DNA of 61,352 nucleotides, counting the filler. It is 4 parts of 4 records of this genome, joined end to end, with 100 filler letters (N's around TTAATTAATTAA, not from the genome) between each part and the next. Parts side by side here need not be neighbours in the genome. Positions count along the whole stretch, not along the records: positions 55,306 to 61,352 come from SRR31156797_12345; 3 more parts are not named here. One strand, given 5' to 3'. The number at the start of each line of letters is the position of its first letter. Positions within the stretch are counted from its first letter, which is position 1. Below are positions 60,771 through 61,352 of this stretch, in pieces. The notes below the pieces were generated by a model that was not told the origin of the DNA, ran no database searches, and saw only the letters and a program-made list of their open reading frames with translations. A program made the position numbers and the translations under genes.

Positions 60771-61352
60771 CAGCGTTTCACCTCGATTATGGTCGGACCT
60801 GTTTTTTTAAGAGCCCTTCTGAGCGCTTCTGCAATATCTTCTTTTCCCCGGGCACGGACCGAGGGAATGCCATAGGAAGCCGAAAGAGCCTGGAAGTCGG
60901 GATTTTCCAGGTCTACAGCGATTCGCTTGCCCGGATGCCGGGCGTCTTCGGTCCGCCTGATCTCGCCATAGCCGTCGTTGTTGAAAACTATGACAGGGAG
61001 ACAGAGGTTCTGTTCCATAGCAACGGCCAGCTCCTGTATGGTGAACTGCAGGCCCCCGTCTCCGGACAGGACACAGATATCCCGGTCGGGAGCAGATATC
61101 TTCGCTCCGATCCCCGCAGGCAGGGCATAGCCCAGGGTTCCGTAGCCCACCGGGTGGTGAAAGGTTCTTGGGGCGTAGGAGGGATACTCGCTGAGGCCCA
61201 GATAGGCCGGGGTGGTCATATCCGTCACCAGAACGCCTTCCCGGGAGAGTTCGTTCCGGGCGGCCTCGAATATTTCCCGGAAGAAGGCTATGTCTTCATC
61301 CGTCATGCCGAGGATCTGCGGAAGCTCGGACTCACAGGTTTCGATGATGTCT
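60770..61352 (-). CDS. ThDP-dependent 2-oxoacid decarboxylase (AruI-like), 5'-truncated by the window end
   Basis: DMT..AY, HPVGYGTLGYALPAGIGAK, GDGG..FT.QEL...NN..YGEI. Frame is open to the window edge. Confidence 0.85.
   Translation of the reverse strand, partial: DIIETCESELPQILGMTDEDIAFFREIFEAARNELSREGVLVTDMTTPAYLGLSEYPSYAPRTFHHPVGYGTLGYALPAGIGAKISAPDRDICVLSGDGGLQFTIQELAVAMEQNLCLPVIVFNNDGYGEIRRTEDARHPGKRIAVDLENPDFQALSASYGIPSVRARGKEDIAEALRRALKKTGPTIIEVKR

Overview
The window is not one continuous locus. It is four assembly fragments joined by three artificial 100-nt linkers (44 N + TTAATTAATTAA + 44 N) at 20133-20232, 46767-46866 and 55206-55305. Fragments 1 (1-20132) and 2 (20233-46766) look like a Desulfovibrio/Maridesulfovibrio-type sulfate reducer. 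They carry an EamA transporter, an Lrp regulator with putA, an MCP, an MCE/Mla transport operon, a PAS-GGDEF protein, a TPR-lipoprotein plus Ala-rich secreted protein pair, rpe, the alternative haem pathway (hemB-ahbD-ahbA), gatCA, an RRM protein, hisA/hisB, tatBC, guaBA, livKHMGF, ccmEFABCD plus a TPR partner, a CNNM/CBS protein and a GT9. Fragment 3 (46867-55205) is archaeal and Methanosarcinaceae-like: Maf, PGF-CTERM and PGF-pre-PGF surface proteins, MtaA, an MCP, PfpI and an IS5 remnant. Fragment 4 (55306-61352) is spirochaete-like and holds one operon: ThDP decarboxylase, aminotransferase, Opu-type ABC importer and aldehyde dehydrogenase. Taxonomic calls are inferences from protein style. 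The most notable observations are: (i) a dispersed non-coding repeat family built from GNA-triloop mini-hairpins around a sequence-variable stem, found at all four ends of the sulfate-reducer fragments and inside an operon; (ii) a second, terminator-like repeat family that brackets two accessory genes; (iii) structured, terminator-containing leaders upstream of guaBA and of the RRM gene; (iv) an Ehrlich/AruHI-like catabolic operon coupled to an osmolyte-type importer; (v) a probable CTG start for archaeal mtaA. I saw no CRISPR array, rRNA, tRNA, reverse transcriptase or integrase.
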